Counted from the stretch's first letter, positions 40,097 to 49,693 are shown. The stretch is DNA of 64,000 nucleotides from a candidate division WOR-3 bacterium (GCA_037441285.1 JBBISL010000002.1:1-64000), one strand, 5' to 3'. The notes: generated by a model from the letters alone, not told the origin. A program made the numbers and translations.

Positions 40097-40462
40097 ATGA
40101 TACTGCTCGATGAACTGCTCCAGAAAGACAAACGGTTTTCCCTTGAGGCTTACCTCTTAATCAACGACGGTTTGCAATACACCTATAAGATGACCGGCAG
40201 AAAAGAACACATCACCGCCCTTGAACTCCTTGAAGGCATCAGACGGTTGATGGCTGAGCGCTATGGACCCCTGGCAAAAATGGTTTTGAACTCCTGGGGT
40301 ATCTTTAGCACCGACGACATCGGTCAGGTTGTCTTTAATCTGATTGAAGCCGGCTTGATGGTCAAAAGTGAAACCAACCGCTTAGAAGATTTCCACGCTG
40401 TGTACGACTTTGACCACGCCTTTAGCAAAGATTTTGCCAATCCCGATGAAGTGCAACCTTGA
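40097..40462 (+). CDS. Minf_1886-like conserved protein (described from Planctomycetes/Verrucomicrobia)
   Basis: EAY....GL, HITALELLEG, YGPLAKMVLNSWGI.STDDIG.VVFNL, D/E-DF..VYDF. Confidence 0.7.
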   Translation: MILLDELLQKDKRFSLEAYLLINDGLQYTYKMTGRKEHITALELLEGIRRLMAERYGPLAKMVLNSWGIFSTDDIGQVVFNLIEAGLMVKSETNRLEDFHAVYDFDHAFSKDFANPDEVQP

Positions 40463-40546
40463 CCTCGTTTGCTTGACAAACGATTCCGCTCCAATAGAAT
40501 CAAGTCAGCATTATAAAGAAATAATTTTAAACTCTGGAGGACAATA

Positions 40547-40732
40547 ATGCCTTTACCTAAACGACGGCATTCAAGACAACGCGGTCGAAAGCGCCGCACC
40601 CATTGGAAACTGACACCACCAACGGTGGTGGACTGTCCGCACTGCCACGAGCCGAAAATCCCGCACCGGGTGTGTCCCCATTGTGGCTATTATGCGGGCA
40701 AGCCGGTGGTATCGATAAAGGAAAAAGAGTAA
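40547..40732 (+). CDS. rpmF: 50S ribosomal protein L32 (Zn-binding form)
   Basis: MPLPKRRHS, CPHC, PHRVCPHCGYY; GGAGG SD. Confidence 0.97.
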   Translation: MPLPKRRHSRQRGRKRRTHWKLTPPTVVDCPHCHEPKIPHRVCPHCGYYAGKPVVSIKEKE

Positions 40733-40738
40733 CAAAAG

Positions 40739-41758
40739 GTGAAAGTCGCCCTTGATGCCATGGGGTCAGACAACGCCCCGCTTGTTGAAATTGAAGGGGC
40801 GGCACTGGCATTAAAGGAACTACCTGACCTCCATCTCCTCCTTGTCGGCAAACCGGAGATTGTGGAAGAAGCCTGGAGGTCTCAAACCGATTTATCTCTT
40901 ACGGACATTGGGGAACGAGTTGAACTCATCCCCGCCCCTGAAGTAATTGGCATGCACGAACTACCGGCTGAGGCGGTAAAGAAAAAACGCAACGCCTCAA
41001 TCGCCCTGTGTATGGCGCTGCACAAAGAGGGTAAGGCGCAGGCTGCGGTCAGTGCCGGTAATACCGGTGCCGTGATGGCATTTGCCCTTACCACCCTGGG
41101 CGCTATTCCTGGTGTCCATCGTCCGACCCTTGCGGTACTTTTTCCCCGAATCAAAGGGAGCACGCTGGTTCTCGATGTTGGTGCCAATGTCGATACGAAA
41201 CCTTCAAACCTGCTCCAATTTGCGATGATGGGCGCAACCGCTGCCAGTTTTCTGTTCCGTAAGGCAAATCCCACTGTGGGCTTGCTAAACATTGGCCAGG
41301 AAGACACCAAGGGTAACGAATTGACCTTAGCCGCTTACCGGCTCCTCAAAGAAAGCGGGCTCAATTTTATCGGCAACATTGAAGGCAACGACATCCTTAC
41401 CGGCAGGGTGGATGTGGTGGTCTGCGATGGCTTTGTCGGTAATGTCCTTTTAAAGTACGGCGAAGGTCTGGCAGAAATTCTCCGGGAACTCCTCGTCGAT
41501 TACCTTGAGTCTGAGTCCAAATACCGATTGCGCCGCTGGTTTTCCCGCCCGGTCTTAGAAGAGTTTATCAGCCGAATGGACTATCAGGAACACGGCGGCG
41601 CTTTGATGCTTGGAGTTCAGGGCAATGTTGTTGTTGCCCATGGCCGTTCAACACCGCAGGCGATAAAGAACGCCATCCGCACCGCCTACCAGGCAATCAA
41701 AGACAACATCTCCCAGCACATCACTCAGGCTTTTACCGTAAAAGAACCCAGCGAATGA
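40739..41758 (+). CDS. plsX: Phosphate acyltransferase PlsX
   Basis: ALDAMGSD, SAGNTGA, LDVGAN, DGFVGN, AHGRS. Confidence 0.96.
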   Translation: MKVALDAMGSDNAPLVEIEGAALALKELPDLHLLLVGKPEIVEEAWRSQTDLSLTDIGERVELIPAPEVIGMHELPAEAVKKKRNASIALCMALHKEGKAQAAVSAGNTGAVMAFALTTLGAIPGVHRPTLAVLFPRIKGSTLVLDVGANVDTKPSNLLQFAMMGATAASFLFRKANPTVGLLNIGQEDTKGNELTLAAYRLLKESGLNFIGNIEGNDILTGRVDVVVCDGFVGNVLLKYGEGLAEILRELLVDYLESESKYRLRRWFSRPVLEEFISRMDYQEHGGALMLGVQGNVVVAHGRSTPQAIKNAIRTAYQAIKDNISQHITQAFTVKEPSE

Positions 41759-42861
41759 AACACCGGCTCTTTCTCGCAATACTCTTTATCCTTGCCTGCA
41801 ACACCCTGCCGGTGGGTTTTGACCAGATCAACCAGTTACCGGAAACCGTTACGCTTGAAATTGTTCCGGATAGCACCGACTGCTATGCCAGATTTGTCCC
41901 GCTGGGCAGTGCTGACCACCTGCTTTTGGGAAAAGACCAGCAGTACCAGTCCCGGGTGCTTATCGACTTTGCCCCGAAAGACAGCGCCCTTGATTCGGTC
42001 GTCTCGGCACAACTGATACTCTTCCCCCTTGACAGCACGGTAATGAACTTTACCTGCTTTGCCTGTTCCACCGAATGGAGTTCCAGCGCCGTCACCTGGC
42101 GTATGGCAGATTCTTTAACCCAGTGGCTCACACCCGGTGGTGACTACTGGAACTTTGCGCTCGGTCAGGGCCGCATTGAAAAGGATTCAACCGTCGTCGA
42201 ACTGAACCGGGATTACCTCGACACCCTGGTCCACCGCTCTTATGGCATCGCCCTGATTCCCCTTGACACCGGCTTCACCACCATCGCCACCCTTGCCGCC
42301 ACCAAAACATCACCCCGTCTTGTATTCACCTATGCCGATGGCAAAAAACGCACCTACTACCCGGCGGCAGACGCCCATATCATCGACTCTTCCGGAATCA
42401 GAACAAATCCCGGTGAACTTTTTGTCGGTTCCGGTGTTGCCTTTCGAACCTGGCTTTATTTCCGGCTGGAGTCCATTCCGGACTCAGCCACAATCGCCCG
42501 CGCCGAACTGATATTTAAACCGCAGCCGATTTACCAGCGCAAGGACTCCCTGGAACTCGGCGTCCACAAACTTACCGAATCTTACTACCAGCGGGGCAAG
42601 TATGCCACTTATGAAGAAGCGGCATCGGCCTCAACCGTCTATTTACCCTCTGACACCGCAGCCTTTGTCCGGCTCATAATTACCGACCTCGTCCAGAAAT
42701 GGGTCTCTGCTGCCGACTCCAACCCCAATCACGGCTTACTGGTAACTGCCGAACCCGAATGGCAGAAGCCATTCCGGCTAAAAATTATTCGCTCTGGAAG
42801 CGGGGCGCCCCGACTTAAAATTCACTACATCCTGCCACCCGAAGACCGTTTCTCAAGATGA
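41755..42861 (+). CDS. Lipoprotein with two tandem beta-sandwich (DNRLRE/DUF4270-like) domains
   Basis: Lipobox ILAC; two related halves (SRVLIDF..VVSAQL..PRLVFTY and RTWLYF..IARAEL..PRLKIHY). Confidence 0.55.
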   Translation: MKHRLFLAILFILACNTLPVGFDQINQLPETVTLEIVPDSTDCYARFVPLGSADHLLLGKDQQYQSRVLIDFAPKDSALDSVVSAQLILFPLDSTVMNFTCFACSTEWSSSAVTWRMADSLTQWLTPGGDYWNFALGQGRIEKDSTVVELNRDYLDTLVHRSYGIALIPLDTGFTTIATLAATKTSPRLVFTYADGKKRTYYPAADAHIIDSSGIRTNPGELFVGSGVAFRTWLYFRLESIPDSATIARAELIFKPQPIYQRKDSLELGVHKLTESYYQRGKYATYEEAASASTVYLPSDTAAFVRLIITDLVQKWVSAADSNPNHGLLVTAEPEWQKPFRLKIIRSGSGAPRLKIHYILPPEDRFSR

Positions 42862-44000
42862 AAAAGATCTCAATTATATTACTGATTTCCCTGTCTTTGA
42901 CCCTTGCCCAATCCTTCTTCAATATGAATGGGCTGGGTGAACCGGCATACAGCGCCACCGCCCAAACCGCCGCGCTGGGCAACCCGATTGCACTTTCCCC
43001 AGGCAACCCGGGAAACTTCATCCACCTATCCCAGACCTCATTAGAGATGACCTTGCTCGGCATCGGCACAATCGGACAACAGGCAACGATGACCCGAGCC
43101 CTTGCCGGTGTTCGACCGGCAACTTTTTACGGTGCGGTTCCCCTGCCCACCCGTACCCGAATCCTCGTGGCGGTTGACGAGATTTTCAACCAGGACTTTG
43201 ATGTCTGGTCCGAATCTTTATCCGACACCCTGGCGCGGCACCACATCCAGAACAACGGTGGCATTTATGCGCTGAGCGCTGGCATCGCGCAATCCTTCTT
43301 AAGCCACTTCTGCCTCGGAGTCTACCTCCGCCCCCATCTCGGTGGTGTTCGGGAAAACTGGAGTTACATCACTCCGGAAGGCACCATCGCCACCGACACA
43401 ATCGCCATTGACTACTCTGCTTTCAACGCCCGGTTCGGTGCCGCATTCCAGTTTAACCCGGTTACCCTTGCCCTTAGTTACGACCTGCCCTTTAACCTTA
43501 CCGCCCAGCGCTGGAAACTTATCCACGGTGTCATCACCGACTCCTTCCGCACCTATCAAATCAAACTCCCGGCAATGTTAAACCTCGGTGCCGCAATTGG
43601 ACCCATCTGGAAAATCAACCAGTTTACCCTTGGTTTGGAGATGCGACCCTGGAACCAGGCGACGATTAACCATAACCCGGCAAACTATCTATCAACGCTC
43701 CGGCCCTCGTTCGGCATTGAGTATGAACTTTTGCCCGAACACCCATTGCGCCTCGGTTATTCAATGACCAACTGGTACTGCCGGAACTCCGCCACAAACA
43801 AGCCAATACAAGAAAAAACCCTCCACCTTGGCACCGGATTTCCGGTCCCGAAGTTCGGCAACATTGATATCGGCGCGGAAATTATCTTCCGCACAAGCCA
43901 GACCCCATCCGGTCCTCTGAAAGAGACCTCAGGGCGGTTGTTACTCACCCTTGCCTATAAAGAGACCTGGGCAAAACGCACCCGGCGCTGGGGCTACTAA
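42858..44000 (+). CDS. Outer-membrane beta-barrel (FadL/PorV-like fold)
   Basis: Signal peptide, SFFNMNGLGE hatch-like start, NPG motif, amphipathic strands, LRLGY. Confidence 0.6.
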   Translation: MKKISIILLISLSLTLAQSFFNMNGLGEPAYSATAQTAALGNPIALSPGNPGNFIHLSQTSLEMTLLGIGTIGQQATMTRALAGVRPATFYGAVPLPTRTRILVAVDEIFNQDFDVWSESLSDTLARHHIQNNGGIYALSAGIAQSFLSHFCLGVYLRPHLGGVRENWSYITPEGTIATDTIAIDYSAFNARFGAAFQFNPVTLALSYDLPFNLTAQRWKLIHGVITDSFRTYQIKLPAMLNLGAAIGPIWKINQFTLGLEMRPWNQATINHNPANYLSTLRPSFGIEYELLPEHPLRLGYSMTNWYCRNSATNKPIQEKTLHLGTGFPVPKFGNIDIGAEIIFRTSQTPSGPLKETSGRLLLTLAYKETWAKRTRRWGY

Positions 44001-44065
44001 GAAACATACCGCAAGCGACGCCTTAATTTAGATAGAAGCAGCTGCTTTGTACCAAATGCCGTTCC

Positions 44066-44085
44066 TGTATACTTTAAAGTATACA
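44066..44085. promoter_or_regulatory. Perfect 20-bp palindrome, candidate operator or protein-binding site
   Basis: TGTATACTTT/AAAGTATACA; a 12-bp palindrome AAGCAGCTGCTT lies at 44036-44047. Confidence 0.5.
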
Positions 44086-44393
44086 TACCGAAAAAGTTCA
44101 TATTTTAATATCATTTTGTAACTTAACAACTTAACCCATTTTCACTCAACTTTCCCAACCCAACCCCGGGGTAGTTTCAGGGATGGTATTGGATATTTTT
44201 GCCCTCTGGTCTTTCGCCCCAGTTTTGGAACCCCTTTCCAGTAAAGAAACACCCTCCTCTCCTGTTTTTGTTCGTATCCCAGAATCCTCTTCTGTCTGTA
44301 GCAGTGTACCGATTAAAAACCGCTTTTCTCAAAACATTACAACCATACTCATTATTGAAATTTGCCCCCATTTCGGTATAATTAAACTTGGGA

Positions 44394-46451
44394 ATGGAAG
44401 GGATTAAAAAATTGGCAGCACTCTTGCTTCTTCTGTTTTCCTTACCGGTATATGGTCAAACCGACGAAGGTGGTCCAGATGGATTCGGCTATTACTACCA
44501 GTCAACCCAGGAGCCGGGTGACAGCATAACATTCAACTGGATTGACCCTGCCGGTCACAACCCGATTACCAACTGGAACCCGAATCCGGATGACGGCTGG
44601 GCTACTATCGATTTGCCTTACCGGTTTCCCTTTTACGAAGACACCCTTGATTCAATAACAGTTTGCACCAACGGATTTCTCCAGTTCCCCACCACCTACA
44701 CCAATTACCACAATCAGGAACTGCCCGCTCTTCAGTTTTGTCATCTCATCGCCCTGTTCTGGGACGACCTCAACCCGGGAAATTCGGGCGGTGTCTTTTA
44801 TTACCACGACCCTATAACCCGTTCAACCATTATCACCTGGCACAATGTTACCCTTTACAACCAGCCAGAAACGCTCTCGGCGCAAATTGTGCTTTACTCC
44901 GATGGCACAATTCAGTTAAACTACCTGAACGCACCGACAAACCCCGCAAGCGCAACAATCGGCATCCAGGGCGATTACGGCAACAACAACTATTTCCTCC
45001 AGTACCTGTACAACGGCAACCCGGCACAGCACCTCATCACCGACCGCACCTCAATTCGCTTCTTTGTGCGCCGGCTCGAGCACGATGTCGGTGTTTTGCG
45101 TCTGATTTCTCCGGAAGTGTGGTTTCCGCTAAACAGTCAGTGTCCGGTCCTTGCCACAATCAAAAACTACGGTCTAAACACCGAAACCTTTACCGCCCGC
45201 GCCGTTCTGTTCCGGAACCGCCCCCCTTACGACACCCTTTTCCACCGCACCTTTTCCATCACCAGCCTCAGACCAAACGACACCTGCCGCTGCTATTTCG
45301 GCGACCTTTTAACCGAACCCAACCCTGACTCCTATCTGTTTGTTGTTCAAACCGAACTGGTTAACGACCAGCACAAAAGAAACGACACACTCTACCGAAT
45401 TGTAAGCACATTTCCTCCCGAATTTGGCACCGTCCTTTCCTCTTGGGACTTACCCGAACTGGGACTGGGAATGAACCTTGCCGGTATCACCTATGTTCCG
45501 GACTCCAGCCGATTTTACCTCGTGGTTAACGACACCAACCGCATCATCAGTTTTCCTGTTGACAACCCTTTGCACTTCCGCTTTGAGCAATTCAACCTCC
45601 AGAACTTCTTTGGCGACGACATCATCTGGGGTATCGCCTGGGACCGGCAAAACCCGGGCTTCTGGATTACCCACGCTTCCTATGAAGGAACCGGCTGTAT
45701 TGCCGCCCGCTATGCGCCGGATGGCGCCTTCACCGGTGACACCTGGAATATCGAACAGATTGAACCCGGTGTCTGGTTTGCCGGTATTGACCAGGGAGCA
45801 GAAGGAACATTTTATGCGGTTGCGGTCGGTGGCTCAAACCGCATCTACCATCTTGACCTGAATCAGAAACAGGTTTTGGGCTACCTGCCCGGTCCAATCG
45901 CCTCCTGGCGCGCCTGCTCTTATCTGGGTGACCAGAACCGTTTCCTCTTCTCCGGCGGCTGGAACGAAAACCTCCTTGTCCAGATTGACCGCTCGGGCAA
46001 CATCACCCAATCTTCGGTCCTGCCTGACCTCGCCGACCTTGATATCTACACCCCTGATTTTCCCTGCCCGGACTCATTCGTCTGGGCTTACGCCACCACA
46101 AGCAACTATTCAAACACCATTGTTAAGGTCTCTTTGGGTGTCTTGTGGAGAAATGTAGGTGTTCAGGAAAACCCGGCGCCCCTGATTACCCCATCGTTTG
46201 CGGTTCAACCCAACCCATCCCCGAATGGGATTGTTACCATATCCGGCTTAAAACCAGACCAAAACACGGTTATAACTTTATATGATGCCACGGGCAGGCG
46301 ACTTTTACAAAAAAACACAACCGGCATTCCGGCAACCAACTTGAACCTTCTCAGGTTAACGCACAACCGAATTTCCCGCGGGGTGTATTTTTTAACGGTC
46401 AAGGACGCATTGCAAAAATATCAGGCGAAAATCATCCTTCTTAACCGGTAA
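44394..46451 (+). CDS. Secreted protein: NIDO-like domain, CARDB-like domain, propeller-like region, T9SS type A/FlgD-like C-terminal domain
   Basis: Signal peptide; GGPDGFGY, FPFY, TNG, FWDDL; HDVGV; tail QPNP...LYDATGRR...GVYFL...KIILL. Start is 44388 or 44394. Confidence 0.8.
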   Translation: MEGIKKLAALLLLLFSLPVYGQTDEGGPDGFGYYYQSTQEPGDSITFNWIDPAGHNPITNWNPNPDDGWATIDLPYRFPFYEDTLDSITVCTNGFLQFPTTYTNYHNQELPALQFCHLIALFWDDLNPGNSGGVFYYHDPITRSTIITWHNVTLYNQPETLSAQIVLYSDGTIQLNYLNAPTNPASATIGIQGDYGNNNYFLQYLYNGNPAQHLITDRTSIRFFVRRLEHDVGVLRLISPEVWFPLNSQCPVLATIKNYGLNTETFTARAVLFRNRPPYDTLFHRTFSITSLRPNDTCRCYFGDLLTEPNPDSYLFVVQTELVNDQHKRNDTLYRIVSTFPPEFGTVLSSWDLPELGLGMNLAGITYVPDSSRFYLVVNDTNRIISFPVDNPLHFRFEQFNLQNFFGDDIIWGIAWDRQNPGFWITHASYEGTGCIAARYAPDGAFTGDTWNIEQIEPGVWFAGIDQGAEGTFYAVAVGGSNRIYHLDLNQKQVLGYLPGPIASWRACSYLGDQNRFLFSGGWNENLLVQIDRSGNITQSSVLPDLADLDIYTPDFPCPDSFVWAYATTSNYSNTIVKVSLGVLWRNVGVQENPAPLITPSFAVQPNPSPNGIVTISGLKPDQNTVITLYDATGRRLLQKNTTGIPATNLNLLRLTHNRISRGVYFLTVKDALQKYQAKIILLNR

Positions 46452-46557
46452 AAATACCGTTTCCCGACCGGTTCTGTCATCTTTGACATCTAACCGATTA
46501 TCTGGCAATCTTTATCCGGTGTTTCGTAAAGCAAAATGTATTCTCAAGGAGGCAAAG

Positions 46558-47175
46558 ATGGCAAGATTTGTCGCGTTAATCGCGGTCCTGTTTCTTGTCT
46601 GGGGTTGCCCGGCAAAGAAGGTTGAACCGGTAAAACCAACAGGAGATACCACAATGACCCAAAAAGAACCAACGGCACCCGGTCTACTTAAAGATACCCT
46701 GACCCCGAACAGTCTGCCCGAGAAACTTTTCCTGACCATCAAGGTAAAAGATTTCGGCACCATCAAGGTGGAAATGTATCCGAAAGATGCCCCGCTCAAT
46801 GTCTGCAATGTCGCCAACCTCGCCATCAAAGGTTTTTACAACGGACTGACCTTCCATCGGATTGTGCCCGGATTTGTCGTCCAGGGTGGTGACCCAAAAG
46901 GTGATGGCACTGGTGGACCGGGTTACACCGTGCCCGCGGAAATCAAACGCAAACACGAAAAGGGTTCAATGGCGATGGCACGGTTGTCGGACGAAGTCAA
47001 CCCGGAAAAGCGTTCTTCGGGTAGCCAGTTTTACTTCTGTCTCCAGCCCTTGCCTCAGCTGGACGGTGAATACACCGTCATCGGCAAAATTGTTGAAGGG
47101 ATGGATGTCCTGGACAAATTGGGGCAGGCAAGACCACCGGTGATAATGGAGTCGGTAACGGCTTCAACCGAATAG
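46558..47175 (+). CDS. Cyclophilin-type peptidyl-prolyl isomerase, lipoprotein
   Basis: AAGGAGG SD before ATG 46558; lipobox VWGC; FYNGLTFHRIVPGFVVQGGDP, SGSQF. Confidence 0.93.
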   Translation: MARFVALIAVLFLVWGCPAKKVEPVKPTGDTTMTQKEPTAPGLLKDTLTPNSLPEKLFLTIKVKDFGTIKVEMYPKDAPLNVCNVANLAIKGFYNGLTFHRIVPGFVVQGGDPKGDGTGGPGYTVPAEIKRKHEKGSMAMARLSDEVNPEKRSSGSQFYFCLQPLPQLDGEYTVIGKIVEGMDVLDKLGQARPPVIMESVTASTE

Positions 47176-48204
47176 CACCCGCCCGATATTTCGCTTAAAC
47201 GGCGGCTTAATTATTCCGGCATCGGTAATAAAGGCGGTTATCAACTGTGCCGGCGTGACATCAAACGCCGGATTAAACACCCGAACCTGCTCCGGCGCGA
47301 CCTGGCATCTGCCCAATCGCCGCACCTCATCACCCGACCGCTCCTCAATCACAATCTCGGCACCGCTTCGGCACTGTAAATCAAAGGTGGAAACGGGCGC
47401 AACCACATAAAACGGTTTTTTCGCCTCCTTTGCCAGCACCGCCAGCATCCTTGTGCCCACCTTGTTCGCGGTATCGCCATTCGCCGCGATGCGGTCCGCA
47501 CCCACCAGCACCAAATCACAACGCTCAATCACCGTTGCCGCAGCGCTGTCCGCAATTAAACAAACCGGCACCTTTGCCCGCAGCAACTCAAATGTCGTCA
47601 ACCGCGCACCCTGCAACAAAGGTCTGGTCTCGCACGCATAAACCTCAACATTTTTGCCCGCCTGATGCGCCTGAAAAATCACCCCTAATGCGGTGCCCAG
47701 ACCGGGTGCGGCCAGGGCACCGGTATTGCAGATTGTCAGGACAACCGCATTTTGCGGAACAACCTTCGCGCCCTGAACCGCTATCGCCTCGGACCGATTC
47801 TGCTCCTCTTTTTCAATCGCTTTTGCCTCGGCAATTACCGCTCGGCGCAGCTGGCTGGGCGTTAAATCTTCTCGATTTACCAACATCATCAGCCTATTTA
47901 CCGCCCAGGAAAGATTGACCGCCGTGGGCCTTGCCTTTATTAAAACCTGCGCTGCCTTTGCTAAACCGGCACGCAGTCGGTCATCCGAAAGCCGCTGCGC
48001 CTCAAGCGCCAGAGCATAAGCCGCTGCAACCCCAATCCAGGGCGCACCCCGCACCTGCAAAAGTTTTATCGCCCGGGCGACATCACGGGCACGGCGCAGG
48101 CGCAGATACCGTTCCTGATGGGGTAAGCGGGTCTGGTCCAGTAGTAAAAGTGCGCCTTTTTGATATATCGCCGCCCGGAGCAAATTCCGCACCTTCTTCC
48201 TCAT
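47164..48204 (-). CDS. mtnA: S-methyl-5-thioribose-1-phosphate isomerase
   Basis: LDQTRLP, VRGAP, RPTAVNL, CNTG, ETRPLLQGARLT, GADRI, NKVGT, NPAFDVTP. Confidence 0.94.
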   Translation of the reverse strand: MRKKVRNLLRAAIYQKGALLLLDQTRLPHQERYLRLRRARDVARAIKLLQVRGAPWIGVAAAYALALEAQRLSDDRLRAGLAKAAQVLIKARPTAVNLSWAVNRLMMLVNREDLTPSQLRRAVIAEAKAIEKEEQNRSEAIAVQGAKVVPQNAVVLTICNTGALAAPGLGTALGVIFQAHQAGKNVEVYACETRPLLQGARLTTFELLRAKVPVCLIADSAAATVIERCDLVLVGADRIAANGDTANKVGTRMLAVLAKEAKKPFYVVAPVSTFDLQCRSGAEIVIEERSGDEVRRLGRCQVAPEQVRVFNPAFDVTPAQLITAFITDAGIIKPPFKRNIGRVLFG

Positions 48205-48218
48205 AAATTCCCCAAACC

Positions 48219-49211
48219 CTACAAACCCCTCAATTCCCCCTGCTCGTCCTCCTTAACACCGGAACCGGTCTTCCTTAAAATCACCACCAGACTGAATGAA
48301 TCGGCATCGTACAACTCCGCTTGCTCGGTAACAAATTTAATCTCCTCAATGTAGCCATCCAGTTTAAATTGCCTTCGGGGAACAAACCGGTCGTACATCC
48401 GAAATGAAAAGTTAGCAATCCTCTCGGTTGATTGAATTAGTCCGGCGTAGCGCTGAACCAGACGGCTTATCAGGGCAACCGTCCGGTTTATAAAATACCC
48501 GCCCCAAGCCTCGGACCGCACCGCTTCTTGAACAATCCGGCGCGAGGTCAATCGAAAAATGTCAACCCGCTCAAACCGGTTTTTCCCCTTATCGTTGAGA
48601 AAATCGCGCAGTGTTGTGTAACGATATTCAATCTGGTGAGGACCATAGCCGGAAAATTGCCTTTTGAACGGCGACCGGTCAACCGTTGAAATCACCACCA
48701 TTCCGCCCGCTGCCAGACCAGCGTAAAGACGGGAGAAAAGGGCAATAGCCTCCGCTTCGGTCAGATGTTCAATCACCTCAAGAAACATCACCGCATCAAA
48801 ATTTTTTAAGAACTCTGGCTCTAACTCATTCGTGCTAATACATTCAAATCGGACATTATCCTGCTGGAAGCGACTCCGGGCATAGTCAATCAACCGGCGC
48901 GAGTAGTCGGTTGCCAGTAAACTCCAATCCGCAGGCATCAATCGGGCAAACGCTGCCGAAAGTATCCCGCTACCACACCCCAGTTCCAGAATCCGCATCG
49001 CTCGAGCCTCAGCCGCAAGGGCGGTCAGTGCCGCGGCGTAATTGGCACAGTGGTGCAAACGCAGCCGGTAATCGCGCACCTGCTCAACGCTGCCGCCTTC
49101 AACATTCAAAAACTCATCGGCAACCGACATCCTCTCAACCTCATCCCAGATTCTTTGCAAACTCTCGCGGAACTTTTGGTCGGACACATTCCGGAACTCC
49201 CCACACATCAT
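48219..49211 (-). CDS. Class I SAM-dependent methyltransferase
   Basis: ILELGCGSG, TDYS, FLEVIEH. Confidence 0.85.
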   Translation of the reverse strand: MMCGEFRNVSDQKFRESLQRIWDEVERMSVADEFLNVEGGSVEQVRDYRLRLHHCANYAAALTALAAEARAMRILELGCGSGILSAAFARLMPADWSLLATDYSRRLIDYARSRFQQDNVRFECISTNELEPEFLKNFDAVMFLEVIEHLTEAEAIALFSRLYAGLAAGGMVVISTVDRSPFKRQFSGYGPHQIEYRYTTLRDFLNDKGKNRFERVDIFRLTSRRIVQEAVRSEAWGGYFINRTVALISRLVQRYAGLIQSTERIANFSFRMYDRFVPRRQFKLDGYIEEIKFVTEQAELYDADSFSLVVILRKTGSGVKEDEQGELRGL

Positions 49212-49217
49212 CCCTTA

Positions 49218-49245
49218 ATGTTAATCAACTTAACCCCGGCGTCAA
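49218..49245 (-). promoter_or_regulatory. sigma70-type promoter, leaderless to ATG 49211
   Basis: TTGACG(49245-49240)-16-TAACAT(49223-49218)-6 nt-ATG. Confidence 0.55.
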
Positions 49246-49372
49246 CACCACTCCATCCGATACACCAGAAGAAAAAATGCTTGACAAAACGGTTTGCCCG
49301 ATTTACAATAAAGCGCTAAATGACACAATCGGGTTATCCGAATTATCAGGGAGTCTAAAAAAAGGAGGAACT

Positions 49373-49693
49373 ATGCGTGGACCTTATCTCCTCCGACCTC
49401 TGCAGGTTGATATCTCTGTACCGGACCGGGTGGGTGGCGTTTACTGCCTGGCAAAAAAGCCCAAAGAGATTGCCATTGTTGCCCGAGCCGAACGAAACCT
49501 GCGCGAAGCGATAAAATCCCACTGGAAAGAGTACGAATTCTTCTGGTATGAACCCGCGCTTTCACCCCGCGAGGCTTACATCAATCAATGCTACCTCTAT
49601 CATCGCTATGCCGAATGTGGCACGCTGGTACAATGCGAACATCCCAAGCCTCCGGATAAGACCGAAGTCAAATGTCCAATCTGCGGCGTGTAA
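49373..49693 (+). CDS. Small GIY-YIG-like protein with terminal CPIC, likely degenerate
   Basis: AAGGAGG SD before ATG 49373; upstream TTGACA-17-TACAAT; GGVYCL, CYLYH, HPKPP, CPIC. Confidence 0.6.
   Translation: MRGPYLLRPLQVDISVPDRVGGVYCLAKKPKEIAIVARAERNLREAIKSHWKEYEFFWYEPALSPREAYINQCYLYHRYAECGTLVQCEHPKPPDKTEVKCPICGV

Noticed and set aside
44177..44407. Three short ORFs in the intergenic gap
   Set aside because: They overlap one another, have no convincing SD or motif, and lie over the promoter region of the next gene.
44663..45328. 221-aa alternative-frame ORF inside the CTD-protein gene
   Set aside because: Pro/His/Gln/Arg-rich shadow of the real frame's codon bias.
46483..46557. TTG start for the cyclophilin (likewise TTG 63737 and GTG 11297 for their genes)
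   Set aside because: These extensions begin at or span the -35 box. The downstream starts give proper signal peptides.
48911..49372. 260-aa ORF 48911..49693 in the track
   Set aside because: The 5' part is antisense to the methyltransferase and crosses two promoters. The SD-supported start is ATG 49373.
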